From contig JAYXVV010000150.1 in NCBI GenBank assembly GCA_036021505.1, positions 26,356 to 90,355 of the forward strand: a stretch of DNA of 64,000 nucleotides. Reading direction: 5' to 3'. This DNA is from Myxococcota bacterium. Lineage in GTDB: Bacteria > Myxococcota_A > UBA796 > CAJQPC01. Under the pieces are notes generated by a model. It was not told the DNA's origin. It searched no databases and saw only the letters and a list, made by a program, of their open reading frames with translations. Positions 9,017-17,692 of the stretch are shown in pieces (positions within the stretch are counted from its first letter, which is position 1; each line of letters opens with the position of its first letter). A program made the position numbers and the translations under genes.

Positions 9017-9994
9017 CTATTTTTTCACGTTCAACTCCCTCAGAGCCCGGGCTACGAACACGTTGGCCATCGCCCTTCGCCAGTTCACATCGCCATGCAC
9101 AGCGGCCTGTGGGCGGGTCTGCTTTTGGACCATGGCGGCAATGGAATCGATGGCCTCGTCATCCAATGCCCTCCCAAAGAAGGCCTCCAGACCCTTCACC
9201 GGCTTCGGCTTGGGGTTGGCGGCCCCGACAACAATGGACAGTTCTTCGAGGACCGAACTCGTCCACCGCCCCCAAACCGCAACCCCGAGCTGCGGAAAAT
9301 CGATGGAGTCTCGGGTACGAAGTTTTTTGTAGCAGCCCCGCCAATCTCCCTCGAAGATCGGAACCTTGACCTTCGTCAGAAGTTCTCCCTTCTCCATTTT
9401 GAGATGGTCCATGCCGTTGAAATGGTAGAGGTCGCGGATTTTCAGGTCGCGCGCTCCGCTCGGCCCAAGCAGCTCAATGGATGCGTCCATCGCCAGCAAG
9501 ACGGGAACGGTGTCCGAAGACTGAGCGGCTACACACGTCTTGGGACCGCCAACCACATGGCACCAGGTGCCTTCTTTTTTCAAGCAGTAGCCCAAGGCTT
9601 CTCGCCAGAACTCACTCTGGTTGTAGTAGAGACAACGCGTGTCGAGCAGAACATTTCCCCCAATGGTGCCCATCCGTCGAATCTGGGGTCCCGCAACCAA
9701 ACCCGCTGCCTGCGACAATGCGGGGAGGGATTTTGCAACTCCGGAATGCGTCGCAATGGTGTGCAGCGTCACCCCGCTGTCCACCTCCCAAGCGGTATCC
9801 GTTTCTCGAATTTCAGGCTTCGGGAGACCCGAGAGGCCGATGACGTGCTTTGGGGTGAAGAGCTTGTGCTTCATGTTGGGGAGCAGGTCGGTTCCCCCTG
9901 CCACATACATCGCATCCGGAAGGGTGTTCCACAGGGCGACAGCCTCTTGGGCGGTCTCGGGATGATGGTATTCAAATTCTGGCATTCTCAGCAT
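9017..9994 (-). CDS. Xanthine dehydrogenase-family FAD subunit with [4Fe-4S] insertion (4-hydroxybenzoyl-CoA reductase beta-like)
   Basis: AGGTDLLPNMK and TIGGN FAD motifs; Cys-rich insert RCLYYNQSEFWREALGYCLKKEGTWCHVVGGPKTC resembling HcrB. Confidence 0.85.
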   Translation of the reverse strand: MLRMPEFEYHHPETAQEAVALWNTLPDAMYVAGGTDLLPNMKHKLFTPKHVIGLSGLPKPEIRETDTAWEVDSGVTLHTIATHSGVAKSLPALSQAAGLVAGPQIRRMGTIGGNVLLDTRCLYYNQSEFWREALGYCLKKEGTWCHVVGGPKTCVAAQSSDTVPVLLAMDASIELLGPSGARDLKIRDLYHFNGMDHLKMEKGELLTKVKVPIFEGDWRGCYKKLRTRDSIDFPQLGVAVWGRWTSSVLEELSIVVGAANPKPKPVKGLEAFFGRALDDEAIDSIAAMVQKQTRPQAAVHGDVNWRRAMANVFVARALRELNVKK

Positions 9995-10003
9995 GACATC
10001 CCC

Positions 10004-12808
10004 CTACTTGCCTGCCAGACGGGATTCTTGCGCAGCGAGCTCGGCAAGAATCCGATCGGGCGTGAATGGAATCCGACGAAGCCGAATGCCCAGAGCGTCG
10101 TAGACAGCGTTGGCAATCGCTGGAATGACAGGGTGAAGCGGTCCCTCTCCTGCTTCCTTGGCCCCATAAGGACCCCCCGGGTCAATCGTTTCGATGATCG
10201 AAGCCACAATGTCCGGAGTCTCCATCGAGGTGGGGATCCGGTAATCCAGCAGGTTCGGGCCTTTGTGGAGCCCTCGCTCGTCAAAGACTTGAGCCTCCAT
10301 GAGGGCTTCCGCCCAGCCCATGTAGACCGACCCCTCGATCTGTCCCTCCACCATCACCGGGTTGATGGCACGCCCACAGTCATGGGCAGCCCAAACCTTC
10401 TCGACACGCAAAATCCCCGTGGTCGGATCCACATCAACCTCAACCACGTGGGCCGTCGTCGAATAGGCCGGTGAGGCGCCAATGGTTCCTCCCCGGTAGT
10501 CTCCACCCACTTTTCGGGTCCAGTAGGCCCCTGTGTCTCCGAGAAGACCCCCGTCTGCCTCAGCGAGAATCATGGCCTCCTTGGTCGAGATCGACCGAGC
10601 GCTGTCGCTCTTGTCGAAGACAAAGCCCGGTGCGATGCGCACGGTGTCGGGAGAAACGCCCCAGGCCTTTGCTGCTGCCTCCCGAAGTCGAGTTCCCATT
10701 TTCCGACCGGCATCTTGAGCAGCGATGCCCGCCATGTAGGTGATCCGTGAGGAGTAGGCCCCGAGATCCACCGGGGTCAGATCGGTGTCGTGGGAAACCA
10801 CCTTGATGTCCTCCAAGGCGACCCCTGTCTCCTCCGAGACGATGTAAGCCAACATGCCGTCCGACCCCTGGCCGATGTCCGAACACCCGGAAAAGATGGT
10901 GAGCTTTCCGGAGCGGTCGCCCCGAAGCTGAACCGAGGACTGAGGCATCTCATTGGGATAGACCGGGTAAGCCGTGCCCGAAATGTACATGGAGCAGGCC
11001 ACCCCGAGACCTCGACCGTACGGGAGCTTTCCATGGCGATCGGACCAACCCGACTGTCTCGCCACAGAATCCAGACACTCCACAAGACCGGTGGAAGGCA
11101 CGTGCTGCCCGTTCACTGTATCCGTACCGGATGCCAAGGCATTCCTTCGACGAATCTCCATCGGATCCATCTCGAGCTTGGCCGCGAGCTCATCCAAGGC
11201 CCCCTCAAAGGCAAAGCGAGGCTGCACCGAACCGTGCCCTCGCTTTGGCCCACAGCAGGGCTTGTTGGTGTACACCCGCTGACTCTTGAAGCGGTAGGCA
11301 GGAAAATCCACGGGCCCTGTCAGCAGCTGTCCAGAGTAGTACGCCGTAATCATCCCGAAGGAGTGGTAGGCCCCACCATCAATCAGAATCTGTGAGTCCA
11401 CCGCCGTGAGCTTTCCGGAAGCATCCGCCCCCAGCTGCATCGTCATGTCCATCGGGTGTCGGCCGCGGTGTGCGTAGAACACCTCTTCTCGCGTGTAGAG
11501 AATCTTTACCGGACGACCGGCCTTCTTCGAGAGCCACGAGGCGCAGAATTCGAGGTCAAAGGGCTCCGACTTTCCACCAAAAGCTCCGCCCAGAGCAGGC
11601 TGGATCACCCGAATCTGAGAGGCGGGCATCTCCAGCACTTGAGAGAGTGCACGGTGGAGGTAGTGGGGGACCTGTGTGGCACTCCAGAGGGTGAGGTGGC
11701 CGTCTGGAGACCAATCCGCAAGCGCACAATGCGGCTCAATCGGAGCGTGGGTGTTTCCTTCATAAAAGTAGTTCACATCCACAGTCGCAGCAGCGTCCGT
11801 GAGGCCCTGGTCCACCTCTCCAAATTCCAAAGCGACCGTCTTGCAGATGTTGTTTTTGCGCTCTCGACCCTTCCAGTCCACCTCGTGCACAAGCGCCGCA
11901 CCCTCGGCGAGGGCGGCCTCCGGCTCCACAACGGCAGGCAGGATCTCATAGTCGACCTCAATGAGCTTCAGAGCCGCGTTTGCGGTGTCCTCATCCCTCG
12001 CGGCAACCGCGGCAACACCATCTCCCACGTAGCGGACCTTGTCCGTGCAGAGCGCCGTCTCATCCGGGGTCCACGGAATCACACAGTACGCAATGGGCAG
12101 CTCTGTACCGACCATCACCGCATAGACGCCATCGAGTGCCTCCGCCTTGGACGTGTCGATGCTCCGAATTCGAGCGTGAGGGTGTGGAGAACGCAGAATC
12201 TTTCCGTGCGCCATGCGAGGAAGGCTCAGATCGTCGGTGTACTGAGCCTCACCGGTTGCCTTGCCGATGGCATCGGGTTTTCGGCCCCTTGCTCCGATGA
12301 CATCAAAGCCCTCTGTGGCCTCGCCCAAGAGGGCTGGCATCTTCGATGGCGTGTTGACGGCCTCCCGAACGGCCTCAAAAATCTTGGTGTAGCCCGTACA
12401 GCGACAGAGATTGCCTCCCAGAGCCTGACGGATCTGCTCGTCGCTTGGAGTCGGACACTCCCTCAGCAGAGCCTTGGTGCTCATGATCATGCCCGGTTGG
12501 CAGAATCCACACTGCAGAGCGCCACACGCGTCAAAGGCGCGTTGGATGGGATCGGGTCCTTCCGGGCTTGCGAGATCCTCAATGGTTTGAACCGAGCGCC
12601 CCTCACAGGCCGCTGCCAAGGTGCAGCAAGACAAAACCGGCTCTCCCTCCAGCAACACCGTGCAGGCCCCGCAATCCCCTTTGTCGCAGCCCTGCTTGGA
12701 GCCGGTGAGGCCCAAGTCGTAGCGCAAGACCTCCAGCAAAGAGTGATGCTGATGGGCAGCGAGAACCTGTTCTTCGCCATTGACCGTCAGATTGAGCAGC
12801 TTTTTCAT
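10004..12808 (-). CDS. Fused [2Fe-2S] + molybdopterin-binding subunit, xanthine dehydrogenase family (HcrC+HcrA-like)
   Basis: N-terminal GCDKGDCGACTV...C and QCGFCQPG...NLCRCTGY; Mo domain GGAFGGK, RGHG, GQG, GAYSSR, VEGQIEG, GAKEAGEG. Confidence 0.9.
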   Translation of the reverse strand: MKKLLNLTVNGEEQVLAAHQHHSLLEVLRYDLGLTGSKQGCDKGDCGACTVLLEGEPVLSCCTLAAACEGRSVQTIEDLASPEGPDPIQRAFDACGALQCGFCQPGMIMSTKALLRECPTPSDEQIRQALGGNLCRCTGYTKIFEAVREAVNTPSKMPALLGEATEGFDVIGARGRKPDAIGKATGEAQYTDDLSLPRMAHGKILRSPHPHARIRSIDTSKAEALDGVYAVMVGTELPIAYCVIPWTPDETALCTDKVRYVGDGVAAVAARDEDTANAALKLIEVDYEILPAVVEPEAALAEGAALVHEVDWKGRERKNNICKTVALEFGEVDQGLTDAAATVDVNYFYEGNTHAPIEPHCALADWSPDGHLTLWSATQVPHYLHRALSQVLEMPASQIRVIQPALGGAFGGKSEPFDLEFCASWLSKKAGRPVKILYTREEVFYAHRGRHPMDMTMQLGADASGKLTAVDSQILIDGGAYHSFGMITAYYSGQLLTGPVDFPAYRFKSQRVYTNKPCCGPKRGHGSVQPRFAFEGALDELAAKLEMDPMEIRRRNALASGTDTVNGQHVPSTGLVECLDSVARQSGWSDRHGKLPYGRGLGVACSMYISGTAYPVYPNEMPQSSVQLRGDRSGKLTIFSGCSDIGQGSDGMLAYIVSEETGVALEDIKVVSHDTDLTPVDLGAYSSRITYMAGIAAQDAGRKMGTRLREAAAKAWGVSPDTVRIAPGFVFDKSDSARSISTKEAMILAEADGGLLGDTGAYWTRKVGGDYRGGTIGASPAYSTTAHVVEVDVDPTTGILRVEKVWAAHDCGRAINPVMVEGQIEGSVYMGWAEALMEAQVFDERGLHKGPNLLDYRIPTSMETPDIVASIIETIDPGGPYGAKEAGEGPLHPVIPAIANAVYDALGIRLRRIPFTPDRILAELAAQESRLAGK

Positions 12809-12864
12809 GGATTCTTGCTCCTCATGGGGGGATGCTTGGTTTGCGCACCTGCAAATCTAACCGA

Positions 12865-14721
12865 CTAGACGTTGCTTGTCTGAAGCCCGATGGTTGTCCA
12901 GAGTTTGGCCTCCACAAAGACTTCCACAGCATCTGAAAGGAGATGATTGGACTCGGCTTCCGCACGCAAGATCGAAACCGCTCTCTCCACCGGCATGCTC
13001 GCCTTGTACGGTCGATCTCCAGCAGTCAGTGCATCAAAGATATCGGTCACGCTCATCAGTTTGGCCCCAAGGGGAATCTCCGGCTCGCTCAGTCCCAGCG
13101 GGTATCCCGTGCCGTCCAACCTCTCGTGGTGGGCATGCGCGAGGTCAGGAACTTTGGACAGATTGTCCGTCCAGGGAATGCACTTGAGAAACTGATAGGT
13201 GTGCTCCACATGCCGTTCAATCTCCCGACGCTCGTCTTCGTCCAAGGAACCGCGGGGAATGCAGAGTCTTCTCATGTCGTTGTGCGAGAGGACAGGCTCA
13301 TCGGTCGAGAGCAGCCATCGCGCAGCAATCTCTCGCATCAGAATCAGATCGTCCTCCACAAAGCGATGCCCTGCAGAATTCATACGACGGATGGCCTCCA
13401 AGTCACGCTTCAGTGCATCCTGCTCGAAACACCCTTCTTTTCCGCGATTGAGCCACTCCAGTTCTGCCTGCAGTCCAGCAACTTTGAAGCGCCACTCGAT
13501 CCGCTCCATTTCCCACGGGTAGAGCTTGTTGGCCTTCAGCAGAACCTCTTCTCGAACACTGACCTTTCCGAAGTCATGCAGCAGGGATGCGTAGCGGAGC
13601 TCCTCCATTTCTTGGGTAGAGAAGCGCAGCCCATGAAACGCTCCGGCGCTCTGCTCACAACTCTTGGCAAGTTCTACGGTGAGATCCGCAACACGCTGAG
13701 AATGGCCTGCAGTAGACGGATCGCGCGCTTCAATCACAGAGACAGCGGCTGTGATGAAGGAGTCAAAGAGCTTTCGAATGTTCTCGAAGAGTTGGTAGTT
13801 CTCCAGGGCCACTGCGGCTTGGGAAGCAATGGACTGGGCCAACCTGGCTTGGCGCTCTGTGAACGGCATGCAGTGGGAAAAATCGGCCAGAGGCCGCCCC
13901 GCAACCGGCTTGCGATTCACCAGGGCGAGGACGCCCAAAACCTGCGAATCGTGATCGGTCATGGGAACCAAAAGCATCGAGCGGGTTCGGTAGCCGCTGG
14001 CCTCATCGAACGAAAAATTCGGCCGGTAAGGCATCTGCTCGGGGATCTGATACACGTCGTCAATGTTGAGGACCGATCCGCGAGCTGCGACGAATCCTGC
14101 AAGAGACCCATCGTCCACCTTCAAGCGCTGCTGCTCGATTTTTCCAGTGAACCGGACCGTGTCGTTCTGAGCTGCGGAGAAGAGCAGTTCCTGCCCTTCG
14201 GTCAGATAGATCGTGCCGGCGTCGGCAGAAAGCACAGTCCGCGAGTGCTCCAGAATCGCCTCGAGAAGCTCTTCTCGATCCGTGATGGCCGAGAGTGCAA
14301 GGCCGATTTCATTGAGAAGGCGAACCGTGGATTGCTCGTGCTCCACTTGGGCTCTCAGGCGCTCCATCTCGACAAGATTGCTCAAGCTTCGTTCGAGCCT
14401 TGTCGACACATCCGAGGGGCGAATCACTTCAAAGCAGTCCAAGCTCATATCGTCGGAAATCGCGATGAATCGCCGCCCCAGAGACCGGGTGGAGTGAGCC
14501 TTGGTGAGATCGACAACCACGATTCGCTCAGCGAGATCCGCTGGCGTGGCAGCGTCCACGGGGACCAAGGGAAGCCCCAACTGCTCCACCGTCTCCTTCA
14601 CCGCACCCGCGAAGGACGAAGTGGGAGGCATCATTGCGACTTCTACACGGTGTTGCTCCATAGCAATCGGCCTCCAGCTCCTCGACTTTTTAGCACGCAA
14701 CCGCTGATCTTTTCGAGCCAA
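12865..14721 (-). CDS. GAF + HD-GYP domain c-di-GMP phosphodiesterase
   Basis: GAF (ADAGTIYL, SGYRTRSMLLVPM, GVLALVN); HD-GYP motifs GHSQRV, LHDFGK, HHERLDGTGYPLG, DIFDALT...RPYK. Start uncertain (TTG 14721 or ATG 14661). Confidence 0.9.
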   Translation of the reverse strand: MARKDQRLRAKKSRSWRPIAMEQHRVEVAMMPPTSSFAGAVKETVEQLGLPLVPVDAATPADLAERIVVVDLTKAHSTRSLGRRFIAISDDMSLDCFEVIRPSDVSTRLERSLSNLVEMERLRAQVEHEQSTVRLLNEIGLALSAITDREELLEAILEHSRTVLSADAGTIYLTEGQELLFSAAQNDTVRFTGKIEQQRLKVDDGSLAGFVAARGSVLNIDDVYQIPEQMPYRPNFSFDEASGYRTRSMLLVPMTDHDSQVLGVLALVNRKPVAGRPLADFSHCMPFTERQARLAQSIASQAAVALENYQLFENIRKLFDSFITAAVSVIEARDPSTAGHSQRVADLTVELAKSCEQSAGAFHGLRFSTQEMEELRYASLLHDFGKVSVREEVLLKANKLYPWEMERIEWRFKVAGLQAELEWLNRGKEGCFEQDALKRDLEAIRRMNSAGHRFVEDDLILMREIAARWLLSTDEPVLSHNDMRRLCIPRGSLDEDERREIERHVEHTYQFLKCIPWTDNLSKVPDLAHAHHERLDGTGYPLGLSEPEIPLGAKLMSVTDIFDALTAGDRPYKASMPVERAVSILRAEAESNHLLSDAVEVFVEAKLWTTIGLQTSNV

Positions 14722-14725
14722 ATGC

Positions 14726-15466
14726 TCAGGGCGTCATCGGAAGCATGACCATATCGCTTGCCAGGCAATTCTTTGGGAGGCTCGCCATGTGGACCACGCT
14801 TTGGGCCACATCCTCTGGCTCAAGAAAGTCTCGCTCGGGATCCAGATGATCGGGGAAAGGATAGAACTCCTGTTCTTTCCAGAATGGCGTATTGATGCCC
14901 CCCGGACAGATGGTCGACACCCTCACACCGTAGGCACGTGCCTCGAGAGCCAAGGTTCCGGAGAACCCATTCACGCCCCATTTGCTGGCGTTGTAGACCG
15001 CCTCATTCGGCAGGTGGAGCTTTCCGGCGATCGATGAGACGTTGATGATGTGTCCAAACCGCTGCGTCTTCATCGCCCGATACGCTGCCTGCGAGCCAAA
15101 GATCACCCCTTTCAGATTGGTGTCAATCATCTGGTGAACGGCCTCCTCGGAGGTGTTTTCCGCAGGACCATAGACCGCCAGACCTGCGTTGTTGACCCAA
15201 ATGTCCAGCTGCCCAAACTCGCCCACGGCGGCATCCACAAGCCGATCCATGTCTTCCCGAAGCCGCACATCCGTCTGCACCGCAATCGCATCGTTCATTG
15301 CGCTGGCCAGAGCGTCAATTCGAGCCTGGTTTCGAGAGGCAAGCACAAGCCTTGCCCCTTCCGCATCGAAAGCTCGCGCGAGGGCTTCCCCCAATCCCCG
15401 GCTTGCTCCTGTGATGCAAACGATTTTTCCATTGAGTGCACTCATCACCAACTCCTGTCCTGCCAT
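14726..15466 (-). CDS. Short-chain dehydrogenase/reductase (SDR)
   Basis: TGASRGLG, NNAG, catalytic S...YNASK, CPGGINT. Confidence 0.92.
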   Translation of the reverse strand: MAGQELVMSALNGKIVCITGASRGLGEALARAFDAEGARLVLASRNQARIDALASAMNDAIAVQTDVRLREDMDRLVDAAVGEFGQLDIWVNNAGLAVYGPAENTSEEAVHQMIDTNLKGVIFGSQAAYRAMKTQRFGHIINVSSIAGKLHLPNEAVYNASKWGVNGFSGTLALEARAYGVRVSTICPGGINTPFWKEQEFYPFPDHLDPERDFLEPEDVAQSVVHMASLPKNCLASDMVMLPMTP

Positions 15467-15494
15467 TGTGGTCTGTCTTGGTTATCCTTTGCTC

Positions 15495-16286
15495 ATGCCT
15501 CGTCCACTTCTCGTCATTTTGCTCTCTGGCTGTGTGGGACTCGACTACCTCAACGAGTTCGACACGGGGACCCCTGTGGGACCCGGGGGACAGGACACGG
15601 GCGCCTCGGCCCTCAACAAGCCGCAGGTCCTCTCATTCTCGGTGGAGGAAACCGACACCAAGGTCCGAATGAACTTCGAGGTGACCGACCTCGACAACGA
15701 CATGTTCGGTGGCAGCATCGAGGTCACCATCGGCCCACGAAGCTACAGCTATGAGTTTCCAACGGAGGTGGTTCTCGATGGAGGCAAAACCTTCCTGCTC
15801 TACGACAAGGGGGACTTCACACCGCAGCAGCAAGTCAACTGCACCCTTCGCGCAGTCGACAGCCAAGGACTTTCCTCAAGCCCCTCTTCCACGACCTTTA
15901 TGCTCTCTGCCAGTGACTTGGTTGTGCCGGAGACCGGGGATACAGCGGCGGACATCTACGACATTGGGCCGATTTCTCCCCCAGTGACCGTTCAGGGAAG
16001 CATTTGGGGAGCCGGTAACTTGGGGGGGCTCTACGATGCGGACTTGGACTTCGTTTCCTTTTCGGTTCCGCAATCTCGAACCTACAGCCTCAGTCTGACC
16101 TGGACCCCAACCTCTGCCGACTATGACCTGCATCTCATCGACGGCACAGGACTGACCTTGGCTTATGCCACTGGATACAACCAACCCGAGATTGTCACCT
16201 ACGCCCTCAACGCCAACACCACGTACTACTTCACAGTGGCTGCATGGGACGGCAGCGCGGGCAACTGGTCTGTCCAGATTCAATGA
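15495..16286 (+). CDS. Lipoprotein with PPC-like (pre-peptidase C-terminal) beta-sandwich domain
   Basis: ATG 15495 gives MPRPLLVILLSGC (lipobox); C-terminal DLDFVSF...LTW...ADYDLHL...PE...TYYFTV pattern. ORF track start 15189 overlaps the SDR gene and is unlikely. Confidence 0.65.
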   Translation: MPRPLLVILLSGCVGLDYLNEFDTGTPVGPGGQDTGASALNKPQVLSFSVEETDTKVRMNFEVTDLDNDMFGGSIEVTIGPRSYSYEFPTEVVLDGGKTFLLYDKGDFTPQQQVNCTLRAVDSQGLSSSPSSTTFMLSASDLVVPETGDTAADIYDIGPISPPVTVQGSIWGAGNLGGLYDADLDFVSFSVPQSRTYSLSLTWTPTSADYDLHLIDGTGLTLAYATGYNQPEIVTYALNANTTYYFTVAAWDGSAGNWSVQIQ

Positions 16287-17692
16287 CGTCTTCTCTTCCC
16301 TGTACAGCGGTCATTCTGGCAGCGGGCAAGGGCACCCGCATGTGCTCCGAAACGCCCAAAGTCCTGCACACCGTCTGTGGAAAGCCAATGCTTCTCTGCG
16401 CCTTGGAGGCGGCCGATAAGGTTGCTGACCACGTCGTGGTGGTTCTTGGTCACAAACGCGACGAGGTTGCAGCAGTCCTTCCACCGACAGCCCTTCAAGC
16501 CGTCCAGGATCCCCCCCAAGGCACAGGGGACGCTCTGCGCGTCACCTCCAACCAAGTCCCACACCGCGGGGTGGTCTTGGTTCTTCCTGGAGACGCTCCT
16601 CTCATCCAATCATCCACTCTCCTGAGACTCAAGGAGGGCCACGGAGAGGCTCTGTGCAGCGTACTCACTGCACACATTCCCGAAGCAGACGCTCCGACGA
16701 GCGGCTACGGGCGCATTGTTCGTGACGCTGAGGGAAACACACAATCCATTGTGGAAGCGGCTCTGGCCAGCCCCACACAGCGAGAACTCACCGAGGTCAA
16801 CACCGGCATCTACGCCTTCGATGCGAAGTGGCTCTACACCGAAGTGCTGCCTCAACTCCAGCCCCAGCCCCCCAAAGGCGAGTACTACCTCACTGATGCG
16901 ATCGCGATCGCAGCCAAAGCCGGTCGACTTCAAGCCATCAAACATGGGGATCTCACCGAGGTGACGGGCGTCAACGACCTCGCCGCCTTGTCGGAGCTCG
17001 AGACCGAGGCTCGCCGACGGATCAACCAAGCCTGGATGGACCGAGGCGTTCGTTTTCTCGACCCAAGCACCGCCTACATCGACCTGGACGTCTCCTTGTC
17101 TGCCGATGTGATCATCGAGCCTGGAGTGGTCCTCCGGGGTGACACTCGCATCGCCTCTGGGGTTCGAATTGGGGCGGGGACACACCTGACCAACTGCACT
17201 GTCGCGACCAACGCCGTCATTCACCCCTACACGGTGGCCCAGCAGGCAAAGGTGGGCGCGAATTGCAGTGTGGGCCCCTTTGCGCGGCTCCGCGAGGAGA
17301 CCCTCCTCGAGGATGGCTCCAAAGTCGGCAACTTCGTTGAGACCAAGAAAACCCGCCTGGGAGCAGGGGCAAAAGCCAATCATCTAAGCTATTTAGGCGA
17401 TTCAGAAGTGGGGGCTGAGGCCAATATCGGAGCCGGAACGATCACGTGCAACTACGATGGAGCCCAAAAGCACCGAACGACGATCGGGGAGGGTGCCTTC
17501 ATTGGCTCCAACACCGCACTCGTGGCTCCCATTGAGATCGGAGAGGGAGCCGTAGTCGGCGCCGGCAGCACGCTCTGCAACTCCGTACCCGCCCAAGCCC
17601 TTGGTCTCGCTCGAGCCAAAGAATCCGTCATTGAGGGAGCCGGCGCAAAAATTCGTGCGCGAAACAAGGCGGCCAAGGAGTCCAAAAAGTGA
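16283..17692 (+). CDS. glmU: Bifunctional UDP-GlcNAc pyrophosphorylase / glucosamine-1-phosphate N-acetyltransferase
   Basis: ILAAGKGTRM, GTGDA, GYGRIVR, EVNTGIY, EYYLTD, GPFARLR, GNFVETK, HLSYLGD, GAGTITCNYDG. ATGA overlap with the upstream gene. Confidence 0.96.
   Translation: MTSSLPCTAVILAAGKGTRMCSETPKVLHTVCGKPMLLCALEAADKVADHVVVVLGHKRDEVAAVLPPTALQAVQDPPQGTGDALRVTSNQVPHRGVVLVLPGDAPLIQSSTLLRLKEGHGEALCSVLTAHIPEADAPTSGYGRIVRDAEGNTQSIVEAALASPTQRELTEVNTGIYAFDAKWLYTEVLPQLQPQPPKGEYYLTDAIAIAAKAGRLQAIKHGDLTEVTGVNDLAALSELETEARRRINQAWMDRGVRFLDPSTAYIDLDVSLSADVIIEPGVVLRGDTRIASGVRIGAGTHLTNCTVATNAVIHPYTVAQQAKVGANCSVGPFARLREETLLEDGSKVGNFVETKKTRLGAGAKANHLSYLGDSEVGAEANIGAGTITCNYDGAQKHRTTIGEGAFIGSNTALVAPIEIGEGAVVGAGSTLCNSVPAQALGLARAKESVIEGAGAKIRARNKAAKESKK

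Noticed and set aside
7577-10474. 965-aa plus-strand ORF
   Set aside because: Antisense shadow of fusA and the molybdoenzyme genes caused by codon bias; no recognisable motifs.
11456-14748. 470-aa and 601-aa plus-strand ORFs
   Set aside because: Antisense to the well-supported molybdoenzyme and HD-GYP genes.
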